Below, in pieces: positions 28,113 through 36,955 of a DNA stretch of 62,809 bases; positions within the stretch are counted from its first letter, which is position 1, and every line of letters begins with the position of its first letter. The translations under genes were made by a program, and so were the position numbers. The DNA is from Oscillospiraceae bacterium (lineage in GTDB: Bacteria; Bacillota; Clostridia; Oscillospirales; CAG-272): positions 1 to 62,809 of the forward strand of contig SVSU01000001.1 in assembly GCA_015064135.1 (NCBI GenBank). Reading direction: 5' to 3'. The notes under the pieces are model-generated. The model searched no databases and had not been told where the DNA came from. It was given only the letters and a program-made list of their open reading frames with translations.

Positions 28113-28310
28113 AAAAATTTACAGTTGGATTTTTTGCGAGTATCCAATCGGCACCTCTGCAATAAAATCGAAGTCCTTCCGGGCTTCTTTTTTATTCCCG
28201 AAAAATTTTCGACAAAAAACAAAAAAATGCGCAACTTTTCTTGTTTCTTTGCCGTCAGTATGATATAATATAAAAGATATACCAAAGATAGAAATCAAGG
28301 TTGATGTATA

Positions 28311-29741
28311 ATGAAGGCAAAAAAGATTTTCGTGTGCTCCGAATGCGATTATCAGAGCGCTAAATGGCTTGGCAGATGCCCCGAATGCGGTGCATGGAAC
28401 ACCTTTTCGGAGGAAACCTATGCCGCACCGTCGCCGAAGCCTCTCTCGGGAAGAACAGCGGCGGCGGAGGCAAAACGACAGGTGTTTTCCGAACGTGAAC
28501 GGGATGAAGCGGTGAAATTCCGCGACTTTTCGCCTCCTGAATATATGCGCATCTCTACCAACATCGGAGAGCTTGACAGAGTGCTGGGCGGCGGACTTGT
28601 GACAGGTTCTGCCGTTCTCCTCTCGGGTGAGCCGGGTATCGGCAAATCCACACTTCTCATGCAGCTTTGCGGCATCCTCGGGGAGAGGGAGACCATTCTC
28701 TATGTCTCGGGCGAGGAATCGAAGGGACAGCTGAAGATGCGCGCGGACAGGCTGGGTGCGGATGCGGAGAATCTTTATGTGCTTACCGCCACCTGCCTCA
28801 GTCATATCGTGGAGGAATACAACAAGGTCAAGCCCGATATCGTGATCATCGATTCCATCCAGACTATGTACAGCGAAAACTGCCCTTCAACTCAGGGAAG
28901 CGTTTCCCAGGTAAGGGAGTGCTCCCAGGCTATCATCGAGCTTGCAAAATATGACAGCGCATCGGTGATTATCGTGGGTCATGTGAATAAAGAAGGCGGC
29001 ATTGCAGGCCCGAAGGTGCTTGAGCATATGGTGGATGCGGTGCTGTATTTTGAGGGAGACAGACGGCAGTCCCACAGGATCGTGCGTGCCATCAAGAACC
29101 GATACGGCAGCACCAACGAGATCGGTGTGTTTGAAATGACGGAGGACGGACTTCGCGAGGTGCCGAATCCCTCCGCTATGCTCCTTGAGGGCAGACCTGT
29201 CGGTGTCAGCGGAAGCTGTGCGGTGTGCACCATGGAGGGAAGCCGCCCCATTATCGCGGAGATACAGGCGCTTGTCACACCTACTTCGTTCCCCTCACCC
29301 AGACGGACGGCAAACGGTGTTGAATATAACCGTATGTATATGCTCCTTGCCGTGCTTGAAAAAAGGCTGGGGCTGAAGTTTTCCGCCTGCGATGTGTATA
29401 TGAACGTGATCGGCGGTCTGAGGCTTGACGATACTGCCGCAGATGCCGCCGCCTGCCTTGCGCTGATCTCCTCCCTGCGCGATGTCCCCGTTCCTCCCGA
29501 TGTGATCGCGTTCGGTGAACTCGGGCTTTCGGGAGAATTCCGTTCGGTTTCCAATATCGAACAGCGCGTCAACGAGGCGCATCGTCTGGGCTTCACAAAG
29601 ATCGCATTGCCCGGGCGCTCCCTCGCCGCCGTGAAAAATGCGGAGCTGCTCGCGGAGGATGGAACAGAGTTTATCCCTCTCGGCGGAATTTACGATGCCC
29701 TGCGGCTTCTTGCCATGGGCGAACAAAAAAACGAGCAGTAG
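28311..29741 (+). CDS. radA: DNA repair protein RadA/Sms
   Basis: It has an N-terminal zinc finger (CSECDYQSAKWLGRCPECGAW), Walker A (GEPGIGKST), a KNRYG motif and a Lon-like C-terminus. Confidence 0.95.
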   Translation: MKAKKIFVCSECDYQSAKWLGRCPECGAWNTFSEETYAAPSPKPLSGRTAAAEAKRQVFSERERDEAVKFRDFSPPEYMRISTNIGELDRVLGGGLVTGSAVLLSGEPGIGKSTLLMQLCGILGERETILYVSGEESKGQLKMRADRLGADAENLYVLTATCLSHIVEEYNKVKPDIVIIDSIQTMYSENCPSTQGSVSQVRECSQAIIELAKYDSASVIIVGHVNKEGGIAGPKVLEHMVDAVLYFEGDRRQSHRIVRAIKNRYGSTNEIGVFEMTEDGLREVPNPSAMLLEGRPVGVSGSCAVCTMEGSRPIIAEIQALVTPTSFPSPRRTANGVEYNRMYMLLAVLEKRLGLKFSACDVYMNVIGGLRLDDTAADAAACLALISSLRDVPVPPDVIAFGELGLSGEFRSVSNIEQRVNEAHRLGFTKIALPGRSLAAVKNAELLAEDGTEFIPLGGIYDALRLLAMGEQKNEQ

Positions 29742-29768
29742 GGCTCACGAAGAAAGGCAATTATCCCT

Positions 29769-31175
29769 ATGGTTTTTTCAGACCTGTTATTTCTGTATAT
29801 TTTTCTGCCTGCACTGGCGCTCCTTTACTTTGTTACCCCCTTCAATGGGGTGAGACGGGGCGTCCTTACGGCGTTCTCCCTCCTCTTTTATGCATGGGGG
29901 GAGCCTGTTTATGTGTTCCTCATGCTTGGCATGGTGGCAGCGGATTACATATTCGGTCTGCTTATTGCAAAAGTCAGGGAACAGCGATTCCGGAAATTGT
30001 GGCTTGTCCTCGCGGTCATATTCAATCTCGGAATCCTCGGGGTTTTCAAATACCTCGGATTCTTTACGGAGAGCTTTAATTTTATCTTCAGCTTCAAGCT
30101 CCCCGAGGTGAGCCTTGCCCTGCCCATCGGTATCAGCTTTTTTACCTTTCAGACCATGTCCTATGTCATTGACGTATACCGAGGAGACACCGATGTGCAG
30201 AAGAACTTTCCAAAGCTTCTTCTGTATGTTTCCTTCTTCCCTCAGCTGATCGCAGGGCCTATTGTCCGCTATAAGGACATTGAGGCGCAGCTTGATAACC
30301 GCCGTGTGAACATTGAAGATATCAATGAAGGCATATACCGTTTCTCCGTGGGTTTGGCGAAAAAGGTGCTGATTGCCGATAACTGCGACGGAGTGGTAAA
30401 GACCCTTATGGGGCTGTCTGAGGCTACGGTGACGGCGAGATGGATGGGGGCGGTGTTCTTCACCCTTCAGCTTTACTTCGACTTCTCCGGTTATTCCGAT
30501 ATGGCAATAGGTCTCGGCCGCATCTTCGGCTTCCGCTTTAACGAAAACTTCAATTATCCCCTGATCTCGGGCAGTGCCACCGAGTTCTGGCGGAGATGGC
30601 ATATCTCCCTCGGTACGTTTTTCAGGGATTATGTGTATATTCCCCTCGGAGGCAACCGTCATGACCAGACGAGAAACATTCTTGTGGTGTGGTTTCTCAC
30701 GGGTATGTGGCACGGCGCAAGCTGGAATTTCATTCTGTGGGGACTGTATTACGCATTTCTGCTGCTTCTTGAAAAGCATAGGCTGCTTTCATTCCTTGAA
30801 AGGATGCCCGTGGCGTTATCCTTTGCTGTATCGAAGCTTTATGTGATCTTTATCACCGTATTCGGTTTTGCTGTTTTCTATTTTGATAAAGATCTTTTCC
30901 GCAACCTCGGCATTATGTTCGGTATGGGGGCATCCGGATGGACGGATATCGTTACAAACTCCGTTATTCTCGACAACATATTCCTCCTTGCCGCAGCCTG
31001 CATTTTTGCCGTTCCCGTGGTTCCTTTCCTTGCAAAACGGCTGACGGAGAAACTGCATCTTTCCTATGGGGTACAGCGCATTGTCAAGACGACGGCGGCA
31101 CTTCTTGTGATTCTGGCGGCAACAGTGCGCCTTTGCGGCAATACATACAGCGCGTTCCTTTATTTCCGATTCTGA
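29769..31175 (+). CDS. MBOAT family O-acyltransferase (AlgI/DltB-like)
   Basis: It is a polytopic protein with WRRWHISL and WHGASWNF motifs typical of MBOAT proteins. Confidence 0.9.
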   Translation: MVFSDLLFLYIFLPALALLYFVTPFNGVRRGVLTAFSLLFYAWGEPVYVFLMLGMVAADYIFGLLIAKVREQRFRKLWLVLAVIFNLGILGVFKYLGFFTESFNFIFSFKLPEVSLALPIGISFFTFQTMSYVIDVYRGDTDVQKNFPKLLLYVSFFPQLIAGPIVRYKDIEAQLDNRRVNIEDINEGIYRFSVGLAKKVLIADNCDGVVKTLMGLSEATVTARWMGAVFFTLQLYFDFSGYSDMAIGLGRIFGFRFNENFNYPLISGSATEFWRRWHISLGTFFRDYVYIPLGGNRHDQTRNILVVWFLTGMWHGASWNFILWGLYYAFLLLLEKHRLLSFLERMPVALSFAVSKLYVIFITVFGFAVFYFDKDLFRNLGIMFGMGASGWTDIVTNSVILDNIFLLAAACIFAVPVVPFLAKRLTEKLHLSYGVQRIVKTTAALLVILAATVRLCGNTYSAFLYFRF

Positions 31176-31198
31176 TATCCCCCTGTGAGGTGTTTACA

Positions 31199-32932
31199 TT
31201 GAAAAAGAAAATTATAGATATCGTGTCCCTGGCTGTTGTGGGGGCAGTGGTGGGCGGAATTGCCGTTGCCAATCTGGCTCAGCCCGACCGTCCCACCGTT
31301 TCCGAAATGGAAAACAGGGAGCTTGCCGAGGTGCCCGAGTTTACGGCAGATTCTCTGAAGGACGGCTCCTATTTCAAGGGGCTTTCCGCTTTCGTTTCCG
31401 ATACCTTTCTTTGTAGAGACCGACTTGTGTCCCTTTCAAAGAAAATGGATACCTTGAAAGGGATTGACTACAAATTGGGCGGAGAGGATTCTTTCGTTCT
31501 TCTTGACGGGTCGGGAAAAACGGAGGAAACCCTCGCTTCGGGGGCTGAGGATCTTTTGGATAAGGCATTTGAAAATCTGAACAAGCCCGAAACGGAACCT
31601 GTTGAAACGGAACCTACGGAGACAGAGCCTGTCGAAACGGAGTCAGCCGAGACAGAGCCTGCCGAAACAGAGCCTGTCGAGACGGAATCTGCCGAAACGG
31701 AGTCAGCCGAAACGGAATCTGCGGAGACAGAACCTGCTGAAACGGAATATTACATCAATGGACTGACCCTGAGCAAGAGCTCCGTGAAGCTGACGGTGGG
31801 AAGCGGAACCGTGGTTCATGCCTATCTTGATACCAACGATCCTATGGCGAAGAACGTAAAATGGAGCGTTTCCGATCCCGAGGTAGCGTCCATTGCCATC
31901 AACCCAAGCGGCGGTATCGATGTGAAGGGACTCAGCGAGGGCTCATGTACCTTGAAATGCAGATACGAGGACCTGTTCAGCGTAACCTGCGAGATTACGG
32001 TGACAGCCATCAAAGAGGTAACGACGACCCAAAACGAGCCGGCGGCTGACTTTCTGACAAACGGAATGTTTATCTACGGCGATGCGGTGCATACACAGGC
32101 ATTCTACTCTGCGGCGAACGCGGGGTATTACGCAAAGACGGCGGCATATTATAAATCCCTCTTCGGCGAGGACGTGCGTATGAATGTTGTGGTGGCTCCC
32201 GTATCCTCCGTTGTGGTGGAAAACGAGGCGGTGAAGTCAACCATTGCCGATCAGAGGGTGATCCTTGACGACATGGCGGCACTTATGCCCTCCGGCGTCA
32301 ACTTTGTGGATGCCTATACGCCCATTTATGAGCACAGGGATGAATACCTGTATTTCAAGAGTGACCACCACTGGACCCAGCGCGGAGCATACTATGCGTA
32401 CACCGCCTTTGCCGAGTCCGTGGGTCTTACCCCCACTCCTCTCAGTGATTTTGACTTTACGATCCGCAACGATTCTTACAGCGGAAGTATGTATATGTAC
32501 ACCCAGGATGAACGGGTCAAGAGCTTTACCGATGAGATCGAGGTATTCGTTTCAAGGAAGCCCCACACCATGACGGTAACGGGCGCAAACGGAGCCACAT
32601 ACAATTACGCCTCTGCGGTTGCGGAATCCAACAATACCTATGTGACCTTTATCGCAGGAGACAATCCCTATACGGTAATCAACGTTCCCGAGAACCCCCA
32701 GGATTTTAACGTGCTCGTGTTGAAGGACTCCTTCGGAAACGCTTTTGTGCCCTTCCTTTGCGAGCATTACGGCAATATCATCGTGGTGGATGTCCGTTAT
32801 TCTGCCTTCAATATTTACGAACACTTGAAGGATTACGGGCTGTCGGATATTATTTTTGTAAACAACATTCAGGCGGCAAATTCCTATTCATGGTCAAAGA
32901 TGTATCTTTCCGCTGTGGGTGTTTCGGAATAA
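31199..32932 (+). CDS. DHHW-motif protein (AlgX/AlgJ-like SGNH partner of MBOAT) with ETEPx repeat linker and Big_2-like domain
   Basis: The TTG start at 31199 has GAGGTG 6 nt upstream. An N-terminal anchor and the motif FKSDHHWTQRGAYYAY are present. It follows directly after the MBOAT gene. Confidence 0.8.
   Translation: MKKKIIDIVSLAVVGAVVGGIAVANLAQPDRPTVSEMENRELAEVPEFTADSLKDGSYFKGLSAFVSDTFLCRDRLVSLSKKMDTLKGIDYKLGGEDSFVLLDGSGKTEETLASGAEDLLDKAFENLNKPETEPVETEPTETEPVETESAETEPAETEPVETESAETESAETESAETEPAETEYYINGLTLSKSSVKLTVGSGTVVHAYLDTNDPMAKNVKWSVSDPEVASIAINPSGGIDVKGLSEGSCTLKCRYEDLFSVTCEITVTAIKEVTTTQNEPAADFLTNGMFIYGDAVHTQAFYSAANAGYYAKTAAYYKSLFGEDVRMNVVVAPVSSVVVENEAVKSTIADQRVILDDMAALMPSGVNFVDAYTPIYEHRDEYLYFKSDHHWTQRGAYYAYTAFAESVGLTPTPLSDFDFTIRNDSYSGSMYMYTQDERVKSFTDEIEVFVSRKPHTMTVTGANGATYNYASAVAESNNTYVTFIAGDNPYTVINVPENPQDFNVLVLKDSFGNAFVPFLCEHYGNIIVVDVRYSAFNIYEHLKDYGLSDIIFVNNIQAANSYSWSKMYLSAVGVSE
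31589..31747 (+). repeat. 15-bp in-frame tandem repeat (about 10.6 copies) encoding (E-T-E-P/S-V/A/T)n
   Basis: GAAACGGAACCTGTT-type units recur head to tail. The translation is ETEPVETEPTETEPVETESAETEPAETEPVETESAETESAETESAETEPAETE. Confidence 0.9.
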
Positions 32933-32956
32933 TTCTTATTGGCGGGAGGTGTGAAA

Positions 32957-33589
32957 ATGGGAGAAAGGAATATGCATAAAGACCACCGAGGGCGATTGAG
33001 GAGGCTGTATGAAAACGAAGGGCTGTCTTCCTTTGAGCCTCATGTGATTCTGGAGCTTTTGCTGTTTGATTCTATTCCGCGTATCGATACCAACCCCATC
33101 GGTCATGCGCTGATTGACAGATTCGGCTCCCTCGCCGGTGTTTTGGCGGCGGATGAGAAGGAACTGTGCGAGGTGCGGGGGATAGGCAAAGTATCCGCGG
33201 AAATGATTTGCAGTGTTCGTGACCATATGCTGTTCCGTATGCTTGCGGAATGTGATTTTTCGTCGGAGAATGATGTGCTTGATCTTGCTGCGGAGTATCA
33301 TATGCGGCGGCTTTCGGACGGTGACATGGTCTTGCTGAGCGAGGCTGCCGTGTGGGACTACACCTCTTGCGACGGCAGTTGGGAAGGTGTTGGCGAAGGG
33401 CTCCTCGAAACCCTTGATGAGGAAGAGGTCGAAAGCTATGCCGTTGTTTTCCGAAGCGATGACGGCAGTGTTCCGGGAGAGCTTATGTCTGAGTTGGCAT
33501 CAGCGGAAATCCCGTATGTGTTTGTCCTCACGGGAGGTCATGCGGTAAAGACAGCCACGGCGGAGCAGACCGAACGGACGGAACAATAA
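32957..33589 (+). CDS. RadC-like protein, N-terminal HhH part only (no JAB/MPN motif seen)
   Basis: HRGRLRRLYENEGLSSFEPHVILELLLF...RFGSLAGVL...GIG matches the RadC N-terminal pattern. The C-terminal half is acidic and lacks HNHPSG. GGAGG lies 7 nt upstream of the ATG at 32957. Confidence 0.6.
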   Translation: MGERNMHKDHRGRLRRLYENEGLSSFEPHVILELLLFDSIPRIDTNPIGHALIDRFGSLAGVLAADEKELCEVRGIGKVSAEMICSVRDHMLFRMLAECDFSSENDVLDLAAEYHMRRLSDGDMVLLSEAAVWDYTSCDGSWEGVGEGLLETLDEEEVESYAVVFRSDDGSVPGELMSELASAEIPYVFVLTGGHAVKTATAEQTERTEQ

Positions 33590-33611
33590 GAATAAATCTA
33601 TGAAAAAAGAA

Positions 33612-33651
33612 GGATGCGGTACATCAAATGAGGTGTACTGCATCCGTTTTT
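33612..33651 (+). terminator. Intrinsic terminator
   Basis: GGATGCGGTACA pairs with TGTACTGCATCC and is followed by GTTTTT. Confidence 0.6.
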
Positions 33652-33664
33652 ATTGCTTTGTGTT

Positions 33665-34690
33665 TCAGAACTGCATTTCGCGCTGTCTTGAGAGATTGAT
33701 GGAGCCCTCGGGGATTCTTGAAATGTTGTCGAGGCTTCGTCCCGTGCCGATGGCAACGCAGGAGACTGCTTTCTCTGCCACTCGGGTTCTGATTCCCGTG
33801 GCGTAGGTGATGAGTCGGTCAAGGCCAACGAGGAGGCTTCCGCCGCCTGTCATGACGATGCCGTTGTTCAGAATATCGCCCACAAGTTCGGGAGGGATTC
33901 GCTCGATTACGGAGCAGACCGCGTCAATGACCTGAGTGATGGGTTCTTCCAGCGCATCGGGAATCTCGTGGGAACTGATCTGCACCATTCTGGGGAGCCC
34001 CTGCACCAGACAGCGCCCCTTTACATTGACGGTACGGGGAGCATCGTTTGGCCAGACGGAGCCGATGCGGATTTTTATTTCCTCGGCGGTTCGTTCGCCT
34101 ATGAGAACATTGTGTTTTCTGCGCACATAGCGGATGATGGCTTCGTCGAATTTGTCTCCTGCCACTTTGATGGATTCGGCAACAACAACACCGCCGAGGG
34201 AGAGCACCGCAATGTCTGTTGTTCCGCCGCCGATATCAACAACCATGTGACCGACGGGCCCCGATATGTCGATTCCTGCACCGATGGCGGCGGCGACGGG
34301 TTCTTCGATGAGGTAAGTCCGTCTGGCGCCTGCCTGGGTGGCGGCATCAACAACAGCGCGCTCCTCAACCTCCGTGATTCCGCTGGGGACACAGATAACG
34401 ACACGGGGCTTGATGATGGAAAATCCGCCGCAGGCTTTTTTGATGAAGTGCTGGATCATCTGCTGTGTCACTTCATACTGGCTGATGACACCGTCGCGGA
34501 GGGGGCGGATGGCGGTGATGTTTCCGGGGGTTCTGCCGAGCATCCGCTGGGCTTCTCTGCCGTATTTCAAAATTCGGTTGGTAGTTTTATCTATGGCAAC
34601 AACGGAGGGCTCTTTGATCACAATACCCTTGCCCTTGACGTATACCAGGACAGTGGCTGTCCCCAGGTCAATTCCGATGTCTTTGCTCAT
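33665..34690 (-). CDS. mreB: Rod shape-determining protein MreB
   Basis: IGIDLGTATVLVY and DIGGGTTDIAV are actin-fold motifs. The product is 341 aa. Confidence 0.95.
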   Translation of the reverse strand: MSKDIGIDLGTATVLVYVKGKGIVIKEPSVVAIDKTTNRILKYGREAQRMLGRTPGNITAIRPLRDGVISQYEVTQQMIQHFIKKACGGFSIIKPRVVICVPSGITEVEERAVVDAATQAGARRTYLIEEPVAAAIGAGIDISGPVGHMVVDIGGGTTDIAVLSLGGVVVAESIKVAGDKFDEAIIRYVRRKHNVLIGERTAEEIKIRIGSVWPNDAPRTVNVKGRCLVQGLPRMVQISSHEIPDALEEPITQVIDAVCSVIERIPPELVGDILNNGIVMTGGGSLLVGLDRLITYATGIRTRVAEKAVSCVAIGTGRSLDNISRIPEGSINLSRQREMQF

Positions 34691-35112
34691 TTTGTCACCT
34701 TTCGTTCCGTCGGGGAAATATCCGACAGATTTTGTGTAAAAAATTCGTCATTTTAGTCTATCTATACTATTATACAACAGAAAGAATGATTTTGCAATGT
34801 TATACGATAAATTTTTTTGTGGGATTGTGGAGAGGGAATCGCTTGTGGGATTCCCCCCACACAAACTAAAAAGCCAATCCCCTGTCATTCTGCCTATAAA
34901 ATCCCTTTCCAAAACCTCCCCCATCCGTTTATCCGCCGAATCTTCCTGTTTATTTCATATATCACTTGATTATTTCAAAAAATTGTTGTATATTATTGGT
35001 ACAAGGGGAAAGAGTCCCTTTGTGCTGAATTTTTTGTTACTATACATTATTATCAATAATACAACTCCCCCGACATGGGAACGGAGCTGAATGATAAACA
35101 GAGGAACAGCTT

Positions 35113-36333
35113 ATGAAATACTTCGTTTTGATCCCCGACGGAATGGCGGACAGAAAATCTGATGTGCTGGGCGGCAGAACACCCATGGAGGCGGCAAATA
35201 AGCCCATGATGGACTCCCTTTGCCAAAAATCCAGATGCGGTACGGTTCTCAATGTGCCCAAGGGCATGGTTCCCGAAAGCGATACCGCTAACCTTGCCAT
35301 CCTCTCCTATGACCCCCGTGAGTATTCCAAGGGTCGCTCTCCCCTGGAAGCTGCAAGCATCGGCCTTGAGCTTGCCGAGGATGACACAGCCATCCGCTGT
35401 AACCTTGTGACTCTCTCCGACGAGGAGGGCGTGGCTTACGAGGACAGAACCATCATCGACCACAGCGCGGACGAGATCTCCACAGCGGAGGCAGACGAGC
35501 TGGTAAAGGCGCTGAATGCCGCACTTCCCATGGAGGGACGTATGCTTCACACAGGTATCAGCTACCGCCACTGCCTCGTTTGGAAGAACGCTTCTCCCAC
35601 ATACGATTTCAGCCGTCCCCACGACCATCTCGGCAAGCGCATCGGCGAATACCTGCCGAAGGAGGACAACGGCGGTGCCGAATTTCTTGAATTTATGAAG
35701 AAGGGCTTCGATGTGCTCAATCATCATCCCGTCAATGAGGCGAGACGAGCAAAGGGACTGCGCCCTGCAAACTCCCCCTGGCTCTGGTCTCCCGGAAGAA
35801 AGCCCTCTCTCCCCTGTTTTGATGAAAAATGGGGCGTAACATCTGCTATCATCTCCGCTGTTGACCTGATCAAGGGCGTTGGCTTCTGCGCAAAGAGCCG
35901 CGTTATCGATGTGGAGGGTGCAACAGGCACATACCATACCAACTACGAGGGCAAGGCTGAAGCTGCCATCAACGCTTTCCGCGACGGCTGCAATTTTATC
36001 TATGTCCATGTGGAAGGACCCGACGAGTGCGGCCACAGAGGGGAGTATGATGTAAAAACTGCCGCTATCGAGAAGATCGACAGCCTCATTCTCAAGCCCG
36101 TATACGAATACCTTCTGAATTGCGGCGAGCCTTTCAAGATCCTCGTTCTGCCCGATCACCCCACTCCCTGTGAGATCCGCACACACTCCTCCGACCCCGT
36201 CCCCTTCTTTATTTACGATTCCGAAAACGAGGTCAAGGGCGCTCCCCGTTACACAGAGGACGAATGCACAGCCATGAACGACTACATCCCTGAGGGAAGC
36301 ACACTCCTTGATGAAATGATAGTAAAGGGCTGA
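35113..36333 (+). CDS. apgM: Cofactor-independent phosphoglycerate mutase, archaeal-type (ApgM family)
   Basis: The N-terminus MKYFVLIPDGMAD and the motifs VHVEGPDECGH and VLPDHPTP are present. The product is 406 aa. Confidence 0.85.
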   Translation: MKYFVLIPDGMADRKSDVLGGRTPMEAANKPMMDSLCQKSRCGTVLNVPKGMVPESDTANLAILSYDPREYSKGRSPLEAASIGLELAEDDTAIRCNLVTLSDEEGVAYEDRTIIDHSADEISTAEADELVKALNAALPMEGRMLHTGISYRHCLVWKNASPTYDFSRPHDHLGKRIGEYLPKEDNGGAEFLEFMKKGFDVLNHHPVNEARRAKGLRPANSPWLWSPGRKPSLPCFDEKWGVTSAIISAVDLIKGVGFCAKSRVIDVEGATGTYHTNYEGKAEAAINAFRDGCNFIYVHVEGPDECGHRGEYDVKTAAIEKIDSLILKPVYEYLLNCGEPFKILVLPDHPTPCEIRTHSSDPVPFFIYDSENEVKGAPRYTEDECTAMNDYIPEGSTLLDEMIVKG

Positions 36334-36340
36334 CAGAAAT

Positions 36341-36946
36341 ATGGAAAACAAACCCGAAGTTGATATGAAACCCGAGGAAGGGAAGCCGACCGAAAGGAAT
36401 ATCCTCGGCGAGATCTACGACATCTGCGAAATGCTGGGGCTCGTCACCATCTGTGTTATGCTGCTCTTTGCTTTTGCGGCGAGACTCAATATCGTGGACG
36501 GACATTCCATGGATATGACCCTTGCCGATGGGGAGTACCTTGTGGTAAGCGACCTTCTCTACACCCCTGAAAGAGGGGATATCGTAGTCATCCACGATAA
36601 AACAGCGTACCCGTACAGCGAGCCCATCGTCAAGCGTGTCATCGCCACCGAGGGGCAGACCGTGGATATTGACTTTACCACATGGACGCTGACCGTTGAC
36701 GGAGAGGTGGTGGAGGAGCCCTACCGCTATCTTGACCCCTCCCGATACCTTGAAGCGGATTATGATTTTCCCATTACCGTACCCGAGGGTGAGATCTTTG
36801 TCCTCGGCGACAACCGCCACAATTCCGCGGACAGCCGCCAGTCGGAAATCGGTACCGTGGACGAGAGATGTGTGGTTGGCAAGGCTTATGCGAGAATTTT
36901 CCCCTTCAACAGATTGGAAATATTCAAAAACCCCTATGAAGAATGA
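36341..36946 (+). CDS. lepB: Signal peptidase I
   Basis: GHSMDMTL (Ser box), VKRVIA (Lys box) and VLGDNRHNSADSR are present. Confidence 0.9.
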   Translation: MENKPEVDMKPEEGKPTERNILGEIYDICEMLGLVTICVMLLFAFAARLNIVDGHSMDMTLADGEYLVVSDLLYTPERGDIVVIHDKTAYPYSEPIVKRVIATEGQTVDIDFTTWTLTVDGEVVEEPYRYLDPSRYLEADYDFPITVPEGEIFVLGDNRHNSADSRQSEIGTVDERCVVGKAYARIFPFNRLEIFKNPYEE

Positions 36947-36955
36947 GGTGACAGA

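Noticed and set aside
28119-28805. A 228-aa minus-strand ORF overlapping the radA start.
   Set aside because: It is antisense to radA and to the AT-rich intergenic region. It is Arg-rich nonsense-like sequence.
30938-31198. An upstream extension of the DHHW ORF that overlaps the MBOAT gene.
   Set aside because: It would overlap the MBOAT gene in another frame. TTG at 31199, with GAGGTG 6 nt upstream, gives a sensible N-terminal membrane anchor.
35053-36351. A 432-aa minus-strand ORF, plus the ORF at 36962-37891 (309 aa).
   Set aside because: They are antisense to apgM and rbgA, both of which have clear family motifs and RBSs.
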